Origin: the human T2T-CHM13v2.0 reference genome, Homo sapiens
Assembly: GCF_009914755.1 (NCBI RefSeq)
Contig: NC_060933.1
DNA: 64,000 nt
Direction: 5' to 3' (one strand)
Under the pieces are notes generated by a model. The model was not told the origin of the DNA. It saw only the letters and a list, made by a program, of their open reading frames with translations, and made no database searches. The position numbers and the translations under genes were made by a program. Shown here one piece after another: positions 29,501-44,900 of the stretch (the stretch's first letter is position 1; each line of letters opens with the position of its first letter).

Positions 29501-32500
29501 GGAATGGAATTAACCCGAATAGAATGGAATGGAATGGAATGGAATGGAACGGAACGGAATGGAAAGGAATGGAATGGAATGGAACGGATCGGAATGGAAT
29601 GGAATGGAATGGAATGGAATGGAATGGAATGGAATCAACGCGAGTGCAGGGGAATGGAATGGAATGGAATGCAATGGAATGGAAACTTGCGGAATGGAAC
29701 GGAATGGAATGGAATAGAAGGGAATGGAATGGAATGGAATGGAATCAACCCGAGTACAGGGGAATGGAATGGAATGGAATGCAATGGAATCGAATCATCC
29801 GTAACGGAATGGAAAGGAATGGAATGGAATGGAATAGAGTGGAATGGAATGGAAAGAAATGGAATGGAATCAACTCGATTGCAATCGAATGGAATGGAAT
29901 GGAATTAACCCGAATAGAATGGAATGGAATGGAATGGAACGGAAGGGAACGGAATGTAATTGAATGGAATGGATTGGAATGGAATGGAACGGAAAGGAAT
30001 GGAATGGAATGGAATGGAATGGAATGGAATGGAATCAACGCGAGTGCAGGGGAATGGAATGGAATGGAATGCAATGGAATGGAATCTTCCGGAATGGAAT
30101 GGAATGGAATGGAATGGAATGGAATGGAATGGAATGGAATAAACCCGAGTGCAATGGAATGGAGTGGAATGGAATGGAATGGAATGGAACAACCCGAATG
30201 GAATGGAATGTAATGGAGAGTAAGGGAGTTGAATAGAATCAATCCGAATGTAATGGAATGGAATGGAACGGAATGGAATTGAATGGAATGGAATGGAATG
30301 CAATGGAATGGAATCAACCCGAGTGCAATGGAATGGAGAGGAATGGAATGGAATGGAATGGAAAATACCCGAATGGAATGGAATGTAATGGAGTGTAAGG
30401 GAATTGAATAGAATCAATCCGAATGTAAAGGAATGGAATGGAACGGAATGGAATGGAATGGAATGGAATGGAATGGAATGGAATGGAATGGAATCAACCC
30501 GAGTGCAATCGAATGGAATCGAATGGAATGGAATGCAATGGAATGCATTCAACTTGAATGGAATGGAATGAATGGAATCAACACGAGTGGAAGGGCATGG
30601 ATTGGAATGCAATGGAATGGATTCAAACCGAGTACAGGGGAATGGAATGGAATGGAATGCAATGGAATGGAATCATCCGTAATGGAATGGAAAGGAATGG
30701 AATGGAAGGGAATGGAATGGAATGGAAACTAATAGAATGGAATCAACCCGAGTGGAATGGAATGGAAAGGACTAGAATGGAATGGAATGGAATGGAATGG
30801 AATCATCTCGATTTTAATGGAATGGAATGGAATGGAATGGAATGGAATGGAATGGAATGGAATGCAATGGAATGGAATGGAATGGAATGGAATGGAATTA
30901 ACCCGAATACAATGGAATGGAATGGAATGGAACGGAATGGAGTGGAATGGAATGGAATCAACCCGAGTGCAGGGTAATGGAATGCAATGGAATGCAATGG
31001 AAAGGAATCATCCGGAATGGAATGGAATGGAATGGAATGCAAAGAAATGGAATCAACTCGATTGCAATGGAATCGAATGGAATGGAAAGGAATAGAATGG
31101 AATCAACCCGAGTGGAATGGAATAGAAAGGCCTGGAATTGAGTGAAATGGAATGGAATGGAATGGAATGCAATCAACTCGATTGGAATGGAATGGAATGG
31201 AATTAACCCGAATAGAATGTAATGGAATGGAATGGAACGGAATGGAATGGAATGGAATGGAATGGAATGGAATGGAATGGAATCAACCCGACTGCAGGGG
31301 AATTGAATGGAATGGAATGCAATGGAATGGAATCATCCGGAACGGAATGGAATGGAATGGAATGGAATCAACTCGATTGCAATGGAATGGAATGGAATGG
31401 AATGGAATGGAATGGAATGGAATGGAATTAATCCGAATAGAATGGAATCAACGCGAGTGGAATGGAATGGAAAGGTCTGGAATTGAGGGGAATGGAATGG
31501 AATGGAATGGGATGGAATCAACTCGATTGGAATGGAATGGAATGGAATGGAATGGAATGGAATGGAATTAACCCGAATAGAATTGAATGGAATGGAATGG
31601 AACGGAACGGAACGGAATGGAATGGAATGGAATGGAATGGAATGGAATCAACCCGACTGCAGGGGAAAGGAATGGAATGGAATGGAATGGAATGGAATCA
31701 TCCGGAACGGAATGGAATGGAATGGAATGGAATAAACTCGATTGCAATGGAATGGAATGGAATGGAATGGAATCGAATGGAATGGAATGGAATTAACCCG
31801 AATAGAATGGAATGGAATGGAATGGAAAGGAATGGAAGGGAATGGAATGGAATGTAATCAACCCGAGTGCAGGGGAATGGAATAGAATGGAATGCAATGG
31901 AATGGAATCATCCGGAATGGAATGGAATGGAATGGAATGCAATCAAACTGATGCAATGGAATGGAGTGGAATGGAATGGAATGGAATGGAAACATCCCGA
32001 ATGGAATGGAATGTAATGGAGTGTAAGGGAATTGAATACATTCAATCCGAATGTAATGGAATGGAATGGGATGAAATGGAATTGAATGGAATGGAATGGA
32101 ATCAACCCGAGTGCAATGGAATGGATTCGAATAGAATGGAATGGAATGGAATGGATTCAACAAGAATGGAATGGAAAGGAATGGAATCAACCCGAGTGTA
32201 ATGGCATGGAATGGAACGGAATGGAATGGGATGGAATGGAATGGTACGGATTAGAATGGAATGGAATGAAATGGAATGGAATGGAATGGAATGGAATGGA
32301 ATGGAATGGAATGAACCCGTGTGCAATGGAATGGAATGGAATGGAATGGAATGGATTCAACTCGAATGGAATCAACTCGATTGCAATGGAAAGGAATGGA
32401 ATGGAAAGGAATAGAATGGAATCAACCCGAGTGGAATGGAATGGAAAGGACTGGAATGGAATGGAATGGAATGGAATCAAATGGATTGGAATGGAATGGA

Positions 32501-33939
32501 ATCGAATGGAATGGAAGGGAATGGAATCAACTCGATTGCAATGGAATGGAATGGAATGGAATGGAATTAACCCGAATAGAATGGAATAGAATGGAATGGA
32601 ACGGAATGTAATGGAATGGAATGGAATGGAATCAAGCCGAGTGCAGGGGAATGGAATGGAATGGAACGCAATGGAATCGAATCATCCGGAATGGAATGGA
32701 ATGGAATGGAATCAACTCGATTTCAATGGAATGGAATGGAATAGAATGGAATGGAATTAACACGAATAGAATGGAATGGAATGGAATGGAATGGAACGGA
32801 AAGGAATGGAATGGAACGGAATGGAATCAACCCAAGTGCAGGGGAATGGAATGGAATGGATTTCAATGGAATGGAACCATCCGGATTGGAATGGAATGGA
32901 ATGGAATGGAATGGAATGGAATGCAATGCAGTGGAATCAACCCGAGGGCAATGGAATGGAGAGGAATGGAATGGAATGGAATGGAAACTACCCGAATGGA
33001 ATGGAATGGAATGGAGTGTAAGGGAATTGAATAGAATCAATCCGAATGGAATGGAATGGAATGGGACGGAATGGAATGGAATGGAATGGAATGGAATGGA
33101 ATGGAATGGAATGCAATGGAATGGAATCAACCCGAGTGCAATCGAATGGAATCGAATGGAATGGAATGCAATGGAATGGATTCAACTTGAATGGAATGGA
33201 GAGAATGGAATCAACACGAGTGGAATGGCGTGGATTTGGAATGGAATGGAATGGAATCAACCCGAGTACAGGGGAATGGAATGGAATGGAATGCAATGGA
33301 ATGGAATCATCCGTAATGGAATGGAAAGGAATGGAATGGAATGGAATGGAATGGAATGGAATGGAATGGAATCAACTCGATTGCAATCGAATGGAATGGA
33401 ATGGAATTAACCCGAATAGAATGGAATGGAATGGAATGGAACGGAACGGAATGGAATGGAATGGAATGGAATGGAATGGAATGAAACGGAACGGAATGGA
33501 ATGGAATGGAATGGAATGGAATCAACGCGAGTGCAGGGGAATGGAATGGAATGGAATGCAATGGAATGCAATCTTCCGGAATGGAATGGAATGGAATGGA
33601 ATGGAATGAAATGCAATGGATTCAACTCGATTGCAATGGAATGGAATAGAATGGAATGGAATGGAATGGAATGGAATTAACCCGAATAGAATGGAATGGA
33701 ATGGAATGGAACGGAATGGAACGGAATGGAATGGAATGGAATGGAATGGAATGGAATGGAATGGTATGTAATGGAATGGAATGGTACGGAATAGAATGGA
33801 ATGGAACGAATTGTAATGGAATGGAATTGAATGGAATGGAATGGTATGGAATGGAATCAACGCGAGTGCAGGGGAATGTAATGCAACGGAATACAATGGA
33901 ATGGAATCATCCGCAATGGAATGGAATGGAAAGGAATGG

Positions 33940-36900
33940 AATGGAATGGAATCAACCCGAGTGCAATGGAATGGAGTGGAATGGAATGGAATGGAATGGA
34001 ACAACCCGAATGGAATGGAATGTAATGGACAGTAAGGGAGTTGAATAGAATCAATCCGAATGTAATGGAATGGAATGCAACGGAATGGAATGGAATGGAA
34101 TGGAATGGAATGCAAAGGAATGGAATCAACCCGAGTGGAATGGCATGGAATGGAATGCAATGGAATGGAATGGAATGGAATCAACTCGAGTGGAAAGGAA
34201 TGGAATGGAATGGAAAGGAATGGAATGAAGTCAACTCGAGTGGAATGGAATGGAATGGAATGGATTGGAATGGATTGCAATGGAATGAAATGGAATGGAA
34301 TGGAATGGAATCAATCATTCCGAGTGGAATGGAAGGGAATGTAATAGAGTGGAAAGAAGGGAATGGAATCAACCCGAGTGGAATGCAAGGCAATGGAATG
34401 GAATGGAAAGGAATGGAATGGAATTAACTCGATTGCAATGGAATGGAATGGAATGGAATGGAATTAACCGGAATAGAATGGAATGGAATGGAATGGAACG
34501 GAATGGAATGGAACGGAAGGGAATGGAATCAACACGAGTGCAGGGGAATGGAATGCAATGGAATGGAATCATCCGGAATGGAATGGAATGGAATGGAATC
34601 AACTCCATTGCAATGGAATGGAATGGAATGGAATGGAATAGAATGGAATGGAATTAACCCGAATAGAATGGAATGCAATAGAATGGAATGCAACGGAACC
34701 GAATGGAGTGGAATGGAATGGAATGCAATGGAAAGCAATGGAATGGAATGGAATGGAATCAACTCGATGGCAATCGAATGGAATGGAATGGAATTAACCC
34801 GAATATAATGGAATGGAATGGAATGGAACGGAACGGAATGGAATGGAATGGAATGGAATGGAATGGAACGGAATGGAATGGAATGGAATGGAATGGAATG
34901 GAATGGAATCAACGCGAGTGCAGGGGAATGCAATGGAATGGAATGCAATGGGTTGGAAACTTCCGGAATGGAATGGAATGGAATGGAATGGAATGGAATG
35001 GAATGAAAGGCAATGGATTCAAATCGATTGCAATGGAGTGGAATAGAATGGAATGGAATGGAATGGAATGCAATGGAATGGAAAGGAATTGAATGGAATG
35101 GAATGCCTTCAAACCGAATGGAATGGTTAGGAATGGAATCAACACGAGTGGAAAGCAATGGAATGGAAAGGAATGGAATGGAATGGAATGGTATGGAATA
35201 GAATGGAATCGAACCAACTGGAATGGAATGGAATGGAATGGAATGGAATGGAATGGAATGGAATCGTTCCGAGTGGAATAGGAGGGAATGTATTCGAGTG
35301 GAATGGAAAGGAATGGAATCAACCAGAGTGGAATGGAAGGGAATGGAATGGAATGGACACTAATAGAATGGAATCAACCCGAGTGGAAAGGAATGGAAAG
35401 GAATGGAATGGAATGGAATGGAATGGAATGGAATGGAATCAACTCGATTGTAATGGAATGGAATGGAATGGAATGGAATGGAATGGAATGGAATGGAATG
35501 GAATGGAATGGAATTAACCCGAATACAATGGAATGGAATGGAATGGAACGGAATGGAGTGGAATGGAATGGAATCAACCCGAGTGCAGGGGAATGGAATG
35601 GAATGGTATGCAATGGAATGGAATCATCCGAAATGGAATGGTATGGAATGGAATGCAAAGCAATGGAATCAACTCAATTGCAATGGAATGGAATGGAATG
35701 GAAAGGAATAGAATTGAATCAACCTGAGTGTAATGGAATGGAAAGGACTGGAATGGAGTGGAATGGAATGGAATGGAATGGAATGGAATCAACTCGATTG
35801 GAATGGAATCTAATGGAATGGAATGGAATGGAATGGAATGGAATTAACCCGAATAGAATGGAATGGAATGGAACGGAATGGAATGGAATGGAATGGAATG
35901 GAATGGAATGGAATGGAATGGAATCAACCCGACTACAGGGGAATGGAATGGAATGGAATGGAATGGAATGGAATCATCCGGAACGGAATGGAATGGTATG
36001 GAATGGAATCAACTCGATTGCAATGGAATGGAATGGAATGGAATGGAATCGAATGGAATGGAATGGAATTAACCGGAATAGAATGGAATGGAATGGAATG
36101 GAACGGAATGGAATGGAATGGAATGGAATGGAATGGAATGGAATCAACCCGAGTGCAGGGGAATGGAATGGAATGGAATGCAATGGAATGGAATCATCCG
36201 GAATGGAATGGAATGGAATGCAATGCAATCAACCTGATGCAATGGAATGGAGTGGAATGGAATGGAATGGAATGGAAACATCCCGAATGGAATGGAATGT
36301 AATGCAGTGTAAGGGAATTGAATAGAATCAATCCGAATGTAATGGAATGGAATGGAATGAAATGGAATGGATTGGAATGGAATGGAATCAACCCGAGTGC
36401 AATGGAATGGATTCGAACGGAATGGAATGGAATGGAATGGATTCAACAAGAATGGAATAGAAAGGAATGGAATCAACCCGAGTGTAATGGCATGGAATGG
36501 AACGGAATGGAATGGGATGGAATGGAATGGTTCGTAATAGAATGGAATGGAATGAAATGGAATGGAATGGAATGGAATGGAATGGAATGGAATGAACCCG
36601 TGTTCAATGGAATGGAATGGAATGGAATGGAATGGATTCAACTCGAATGGAATCAACTCGATTGCAATGGAATGGAATGGAATTGAAAGGAATAGAATGG
36701 AATCATCCCGAGTGGAATGGAATGGAAAGGACTGGAATGGAGTGGAATGGAATGGAATGGTATTAACCCGAATAGAATGAAATGGAACGGAATGGAATGG
36801 AATGGAATGGAATGGAATGGAATGGAATCAACCCGAGTGCAGGGGAATGGAATGGAATGGAATGCAATGGAATGGAATCATCTGGAATGGAATGGAATGG

Positions 36901-38815
36901 AATGGAATGGAATGGAATGGAATAGAATGGAATCAACTCGATTTCAATGGAATGGAATGGAATAGAATGGAATGGAATTAACACGAATAGAATGGAATGG
37001 AATGGAATTGAATGGAACAGAAAGCAATGGAATGGAATGGAATGGAATCAACCCGAGTGCAGGGGAATGGAATGGAATGGAATGCAATGGAATGGAATCA
37101 TCCGGAATGGAATGGAATGGAATGCAATGGAATGGAATGGAATGGAATCAACCCGAGTGCAATGGAATGGAGTGGAATGGAATGGAATGGAATGGAACAA
37201 CCCGAATGGAATGGAATGTAATGGACAGTAAGGGAGTTGAATAGAATCAATCCGAATGTAATGGAATGGAATGCAGCGGAATGGAATGGAATGGAATGGA
37301 ATGGAATGCAAAGGAATGGAATCAACCCGAGTGGAATGGCATGGAATGGAATGCAATGGAATGGAATGGAATGGAATCAACTCGAGTGGAAAGGAATGGA
37401 ATGGAATGGAAAGGAATGGAATGAAGTCAACTCGAGTGGAATGGAATGGAATGGAATGGATTGGAATGGATTGCAATGGAATGAAATGGAATGGAATGGA
37501 ATGGAATCAATCATTCCGAGTGGAATGGAAGGGAATGTAATAGAGTGGAAAGAAGGGAATGGAATCAACCCGAGTGGAATGCAAGGCAATGGAATGGAAT
37601 GGAAAGGAATGGAATGGAATCAACTCGATTGCAATGGAATGGAATGGAATGGAATGGAATTAACCGGAATAGAATGGAATGGAATGGAATGGAACGGAAT
37701 GGAATGGAATGGAAGGGAATGGAATCAACACGAGTGCAGGGGAATGATATGCAATGGAATGGAATCATCCGGAATGGAATGGAATGGAATGGAATCAACT
37801 CCATTGCAATGGAATGGAATGGAATGGAATGGAATAGAATGGAATGGAATTAACCCGAATAGAATGGAATGCAATAGAATGGAATGCAACGGAACCGAAT
37901 GGAGTGGAATGGAATGGAATGCAATGGAATGGAATGGAATGGAATGGAATGGAATCAACTCGATGGCAATCGAATGGAATGGAATGGAATTAACCCGAAT
38001 ATAATGGAATGGAATGGAATGGAACGGACCGGAATGGAATGGAATGGAATGGAATGGAATGGAACGGAACGGAATGGAATGGACTGGAATGGAATGGAAT
38101 GGAATCAACGCGAGTGCAGGGGAATGCAATGGAATGGAATGCAATGGGTTGGAAACTTCCGGAATGGAATGGAATGGAATGGAATGGAATGGAATGGAAT
38201 GAAAGGCAATGGATTCAAATCGATTGCAATGGAGTGGAATAGAATGGAATGGAATGGAATGGAATGCAATGGAATGGAAAGGAATTGAATGGAATGGAAT
38301 GCCTTCAAACCGAATGGAATGGAAAGGAATGGAATCAACACGAGTGGAAAGCAATGGAATGGAAAGGAATGGAATGGAATGGAATGGAATGGAATGGAAT
38401 GCCTTCAAACCGAAAGGAATGGAAAGGAATGGAATCAACACGAGTGGAAAGGAATGGAATGGAAAGGAAAGGAATGGAATGGAATGGTACGGAATAGAAT
38501 GGAATGGAACGAACTGGAATGGAATGGAATGGAATGGAATGGAATGGAATGGAATGGAATGGAATCGTTCCGAGTGGAATAGGAGGGAATGTATTCGAGT
38601 GGAATGGAAAGGAATGGAATCAAAAAGAGTGGAATGGAAGGGAATGGAATGGAATGGAAACTAATAGAATGGAATCAACCCGAGTGGAATGGAATGGAAA
38701 GGACTGGAATGGAATGGAATGGAATGGAATGGAATGGAATCAACTCGATTGTAATGGAATGGAATGGAATGGAATGGAATGGAATGGAATGGAATGGAAT
38801 GGAATTAACCCGAAT
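33940..38815 (-). repeat. ~1.6 kb direct repeat with 3,196 bp spacing (~33,940-35,520 vs ~37,136-38,815)
   Basis: Private variants at exactly 3,196 bp offset: atggacagt (34,025/37,221), gaatataatg (34,801/37,997), gggttggaaac (34,950/38,146). Ten ORF-track pairs have offset 3,196. Confidence 0.9.
38287..38465 (-). repeat. 100-bp local tandem duplication
   Basis: gccttcaaaccga...caacacgagtggaaa at 38,301 and 38,401. The sister repeat at ~35,105 has a single copy. Confidence 0.88.
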
Positions 38816-41112
38816 AGAATGGAATGGAATGGAATTGAACGGAACGGAACGGAACGGAATGGAATGGAATGGAATGGAATGGAACGGAAAGGAATGGAAT
38901 GGAATGGAATGGAATGGAATGGAATGGAATGGAATGGAATCAACGCGAGTGCAGGGGAATGGAATGGAATGGAATGCAATGGAATGGAAGCTTCCGGAAT
39001 GGAATGGAATGGAATGGAATGGAATGGAATAAACCCGAGTGCAATGGAATGGAGTGGAATGGAATAGAATGGAATGGAACAACCCGAATGGAATGGAATG
39101 TAATGGAGAGTAAGGGAGTTGAATAGAGTCAATCCGAATGTAATGGAATGGAATGGAACGGAATGGAATTGAATGGAATGGAATGGAATGCAATGGAATG
39201 GAATCAACCCGAGTGCAATGGAATGGAGAGGAATGGAATGGTATGGAATGGGAACTACCCGAATGGAATGGAATGTAATGGAGTGTAAGGGAATTGAATA
39301 GAATCAATCCGAATGTAATGGAATGGAATGGAACGGAATGGAATGGAATGGAATGGAATGGAATCAACCCGAGTGCAATCGAATGGAATCGAATGGAATG
39401 GAATGCAATGGAATGGATTCAACTTGAATGGAATGGAAAGAATGGAATCAACACGAGTGGAAGGGCATGGATTGGAATGCAATGGAATGGAATCAACTCG
39501 AGTACAGGGGAATGGAATGGAATGGAATGCAATGGAATGGAATCATCCGTAATGGAATGGAAAGGAATGGAATGGAATGGAAGGGAATGGAATGGAATGA
39601 AATGGAATGGAATCAACTCGATTGCAGTCGAATGGAATGGAATGGAATTAACCCGAATAGAATGGAATGGAATGGAATGGAACGGAACGGAACGGAACGG
39701 AACGGAACGGAATGGAATGGAATGGAATGGAACGGAAAGGAATGGAGTGGAATGGAATGGAATGGAATGGAATGGAATCAACGCGAGTGCAGGGGAATGG
39801 AATGGAATGGAATGCAATGGAATGGAATCATCCGGAATGGAATGGAATGGAATGGAATGGAATGGAATGGAATCAACCCGAGTGCAATGGAATGGAGTGA
39901 AATGGAATGGAATGGAATGGAACAACCCGAATGGAATGGAATGTAATGGAGAGTAAGGGAGTTGAATAGAATCAATCCGAATGTAATGGAATGGAATGCA
40001 ACGGAATAGAATGGAATGGAATGCAATGGAATGGAATCAACCCGAGTGCAATGGAATGGAGAGGAATGGAATGGAATGGAATGGAAACTACCCGAATGGA
40101 ATGGAATGTAATGGAGTGTAAGGGAATTGAATAAAATCAATCCGAATGTAATGGAATGGAACGGAACGGAATGGAATGGAATGGAATGGAATGGAATGGA
40201 ATGGAATCAACCCGAGTGCAATCGAATGGAATCGAATGGAATGGAATGCAATGGAATGGATTCAACTTGAATGGAATGGAAAGAATGGAATCAACACGAG
40301 TGGAAGGGCATGGATTGGAATGCAATGGAATGGAATCAACCCGAGTACAGGGGAATGGAATGGAATGGAATGCAATGGAATGGAATCATCCGTAATGGAA
40401 TGGAAAGGAATGGAATGGAATGGAATGGAATGGAATGGAATGGAATGGAATGGAATCAACACGATTGCAATCGAATGGAATGGAATGGAATTAACCCGAA
40501 TAGAATGGAATGGAATGGAGTGGAACGGAACGGAATGGAATGGAATAGAATCAACCCGAGTGCAGGGGAATGGAATGGAATGGAATGCAATGGAATGGAA
40601 TCATCCGGAATGGAATGGAATGGAATGGAATGCAAAGCAATGGAATCAACTCGATTGCAATGGAATGCAATGGAATGGAAAGGAATACATTGGAATCAAC
40701 CCGAGTGGAATGGAATGGAAAGGACTGGAATGGAGTGGAATGGAATGGAATGGAATGGAATGGAATCAACTCGATTGGAATGGAATGGAATGGAATGGAA
40801 TGGAATGGAATGGAATGGAATGGAATTAACCCGAATAGAATGGAATGGAATGGAATGGAACGGAACGGAAAGGAATGGAATGGAATGGAATGGAATGGAA
40901 TGGAATGGAATGGAATGGAATGGAATGGAATCAACCCGACTGCAGGGGAATGGAATGGAATGGAATGCAATGGAATGGATTCAACTTGAATGGAATGGAA
41001 AGAATGGAATGGAATGGAATGGAATGGAATGGAATGGAATGGTATCAACTCGAGTGCAGTCGAATGGAATGGAATGGAATTAACCCGAATAGAATGGAAT
41101 GGAATGGAATGT

Positions 41113-41147
41113 AACGGAACGGAACGGAACGGAACGGAACGGAACGG
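41113..41147. repeat. (AACGG)7 CpG-containing variant pentamer run (others at 39,681-39,710, 53,691-53,715, 55,159-55,183, 63,424-63,453)
   Basis: Direct reading: seven consecutive aacgg units. The other runs have 5-6 units. Confidence 0.9.
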
Positions 41148-41454
41148 AATGGAATGGAATGGAATGGAATGGAACGGAAAGGAATGGAATGGAATGGAAT
41201 GGAAAGGAATGGAATGGAATCAACGCGAGTGCAGGGGAAAGGAATGGAATGGAATCTTCCGGAATGGAATGGAATGGAATGGAATGGAATGGAATGGAAT
41301 CAACCCGAGTGTAATGGAATGGAGTGGAATGGAATGGAATGGAATGGAACAACCCGAATGGAATGGAATGTAATGGAGAGTAAGGGAGTTGAATAGAATC
41401 AATCCGAATGTAATGGAATGGAATGGAACGGAATGGAATTGAATGGAATGGAAT

Positions 41455-41630
41455 GGAATGCAATGGAATGGAATCAACCCGAGTGCAATGGAACGGAGAG
41501 GAATGGAATGGAATGGAGTGGAAACTACCCGAAAGGAATGGAATGCAATGGAATGGAATCAACCCGAGTGCAATGGAATGGAGAGAAATGGAATGGAATG
41601 GAGTGGAAACTACCCGAATGGAATGGAATG
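41455..41630 (-). repeat. 85-bp local tandem duplication
   Basis: caacccgagtgc at 41,475/41,560 and gagtggaaactacccga at 41,516/41,601. Confidence 0.85.
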
Positions 41631-41984
41631 TAATGGAGTGTAGGGGAATTGAATAGAATCAATCCGAATGTAATGGAAACGAATGGAACGGAATGGAATG
41701 GAATGGAATGGAATGGAATGGAATGGAAAGGAATGCAATGGAATGGAATCAACCCGAGTGCAATCGAATGGAATCGAATGGAACGGAATGCAATGGAATG
41801 GAATCAACTCGATTGCAATCGAATGGAATGGAATGGAATTAACCCGAATAGAATGGAATGGAATGGAATGGAAAGGAACGGAATGGAATGGAATGGAATG
41901 GAACGGAACGGAATGGGATGGAATGGAATGGAATGGAATCAACGCGAGTGCAGGGGAATGGAATGGAATAGAATGCAATGGAAT

Positions 41985-41999
41985 GGAATCTTCCAGAAT
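41985..41999. promoter_or_regulatory. Perfect 3-unit heat-shock element in the inverted block, CpG-decayed form
   Basis: gGAAt-cTTCc-aGAAt. Confidence 0.55.
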
Positions 42000-44900
42000 G
42001 GAATGGAATGGAATGGAATGGAATGAAATGCAATGGATTCAACTCGATTGCAATGGAATGGAATAGAATGGAATGGAATGGAATGGAATGGAATGAACCC
42101 GAATAGAATGGAATGGAATGCAATGGAACGGAATGGAACGGAATGGAATGGAATGGAATGGAATGGAATGGTATGGAATGGAATGGAATGGTACGGAATA
42201 GAATGGAATGTAACGAATTGTAATGGAATGGAATTGAATGGAATGGAATGGAATCAACGCGAGTGCAGGGGAATGTAATGGAACGGAATGCAATGGAATG
42301 GAATCATCCGGAATGGAATGGAATGGAATGGAATGGAATGGAATGGAATCAACCTGAGTGCAATGGAATGGAGTGGAATGGAATGGAATGGAATGGAACA
42401 ACCCGAATGGAATGGAATGTAATGGAATGTAAGGGAGTTGAATAGAATCAATCCGAATGTAATGGAATGGAATGCAACGGAATGGAATGGAATGGAATGC
42501 AATGGAATGCAATCAACCCGAGTACAATGGAATGGAATGGAATGGAATGGAATGGAATGGAATGGAATGGAATGCCTTCAAACCGAATGGAATGGAAAGG
42601 AATGGAATCAACACGAGTGGAATGGAATGGAATGGAATGGAATGGAATGGAATGGAATGATACGGAATAGAATGGAATGGAACGAAATGGAATGGAATGG
42701 AATGGAATGGAATGGAATGGAATGGAATGGAATGGAATCGTTCCGAGTGGAATAGGAGGGAATGTAATCGAGTGGAATGGAAAGGAATGGAATCAACCAG
42801 AGTGGAATGGAAGGGAATGGAATGGAATGGAAACTAATAGAATGGAATCAACCCGAGTGGAATGGAATGGAAAGGTCTGGAATGGAATGGAATGGAATGG
42901 TATCAACTCGATTGTAATGGAATGGAATGGAATGGAATGGAATGGAATGGAATGGAATGGAATTAACCCCAATACAATGGAATGGAATGGAATGGAACGG
43001 AATGGAGTGGAATGGAATGTAATCAACCCGAGTGCAGGGGAATGGAATGGAATGGAATGCAATGGAATGGAATAATCCGGTATGGAATGGAATGGAATGG
43101 AATGCAAAGCAATGGAATCAACTCGATTGCAATGGAATGGAATGCAATGGAAAGGAATACTTTGGAATCAACCCGAGTGGAATGCAATGGAAACGACTGG
43201 AATGGAGTGGAATGGAATGGAATGGAATGGTATGGAATCAACTCGATTGGAATGGAATTGAATGGAATGGAATAGAATGGAATGGAATGGAATCAACCCG
43301 ACTGCAGGGGAATGGAATGGAATGGAATGCAATGGAATGGATTCAACTTGAATGGAATGGAAAGAATGGAATCAACACGGGTGGAATGGCATGGATTGGA
43401 ATGGAATGGAATGGAATCAACCCGAGTACAGGGGAATGGAATGGAATGGAATGCAATGGAATGGAATCATCCGTAATGGAATGGAAAGGAATGGAATGGA
43501 ATGGAATGGAATGGAATGGAATGGAATGGAATCAACTCGATTGCAATCGAATGGAATGGAATGGAATTAACCCGAATAGAATGGAATGGAATGGAATGGA
43601 ACGGAACGGAACGGAATGGAATGGAATGGAATGGAATGGAATGGAATGGAACGGAAAGGAATGGAATGGAATGGAATGGAATGGAATGGAATGGAATGGA
43701 ATGGAATCAACGCGAGGGCAGGGGAATGGAATGGAATGGAATGCAATGGAATGGAATTTTCCGGAATGGAATGGAATGGAATGGAATGGAATGGAATGGA
43801 ATGGAATAAACCCGAGTGCAATGGAATGGAGTGGAATGGAATGGAGTGGAATGGAATGGAATGGAATGGAACAGCCCGAATGGAATGGAATGTAAAGGAG
43901 AGTAAGGGAGTTGAATAGAATCAATCCGAATGTAATGGAATGGAATGGAACGGAATGGAATTGAATTGAATGGAATGGAATGCAATGGAATGTAATCAAC
44001 CCGAGTGCAATGGAATGGAGAGGAATGGAATGGAATGGAATGGAAACTACCCGAATGGAATGGAATGTAATGGAGTGTAAGGGAATTGAATAGAATCAAT
44101 CCGAATGTAATGGAATGGAATGGAACGGAATGGAATGGAATGGAATGGAATGGAATGGAATGGAATGGAATGCAATGGAATGGAATCAACCCGAGTACAG
44201 GGGAATGGAATGGAATGGAATGCAATGGAATGGAATCATCCGTAATGGAATGGAAAGGAATGGAATGGAATGGAAATGGAATGGAATGGAATGGAATGGA
44301 ATCAACACGATTGCAATCGAATGGAATGGAATGGAATTGACCCGAATAGAATTGAATGGAATGGAATGGAACGGAACGGAATGGAATGGAATGGAATGGA
44401 ATGGAACGGAACGGAACGGAATGGAATGGAATGGAATGGAATGGAATGGAATGGAATGGAATCAACGCGAGTGCAGGGGAATGGAATGGAATGGAATGCA
44501 ATGGAATGGAATCTTCCGGAATGGAATGGAATGGAATGGAATGGAATGAAATGCAATGGATTCAACTCGATTGCAATGGAATGGAATAGAATGGAATGGA
44601 AAGGAATGGAATGGAATTAACCCGAATAGAATGGAATGGAATGGAACGGAATGGAACGGAATGGAACGGAATGGAATGGAATGGAATGGAATGGAATGGT
44701 ATGGAATGGAATAGAATGGTATGGAATAGAATGGAATGGAACGAATTGTAATGGAATGGAATTGAATGGAATGGAATGGAATGGAATGGAATCAACGCGA
44801 GTGCAGGGGAATGTAATGGAACGGAATGCAATGGAATGGAATCATCCGGAATGGAATGGAATGGAATGGAATGGAATGGAATGGAATCAACCCGAGTGCA

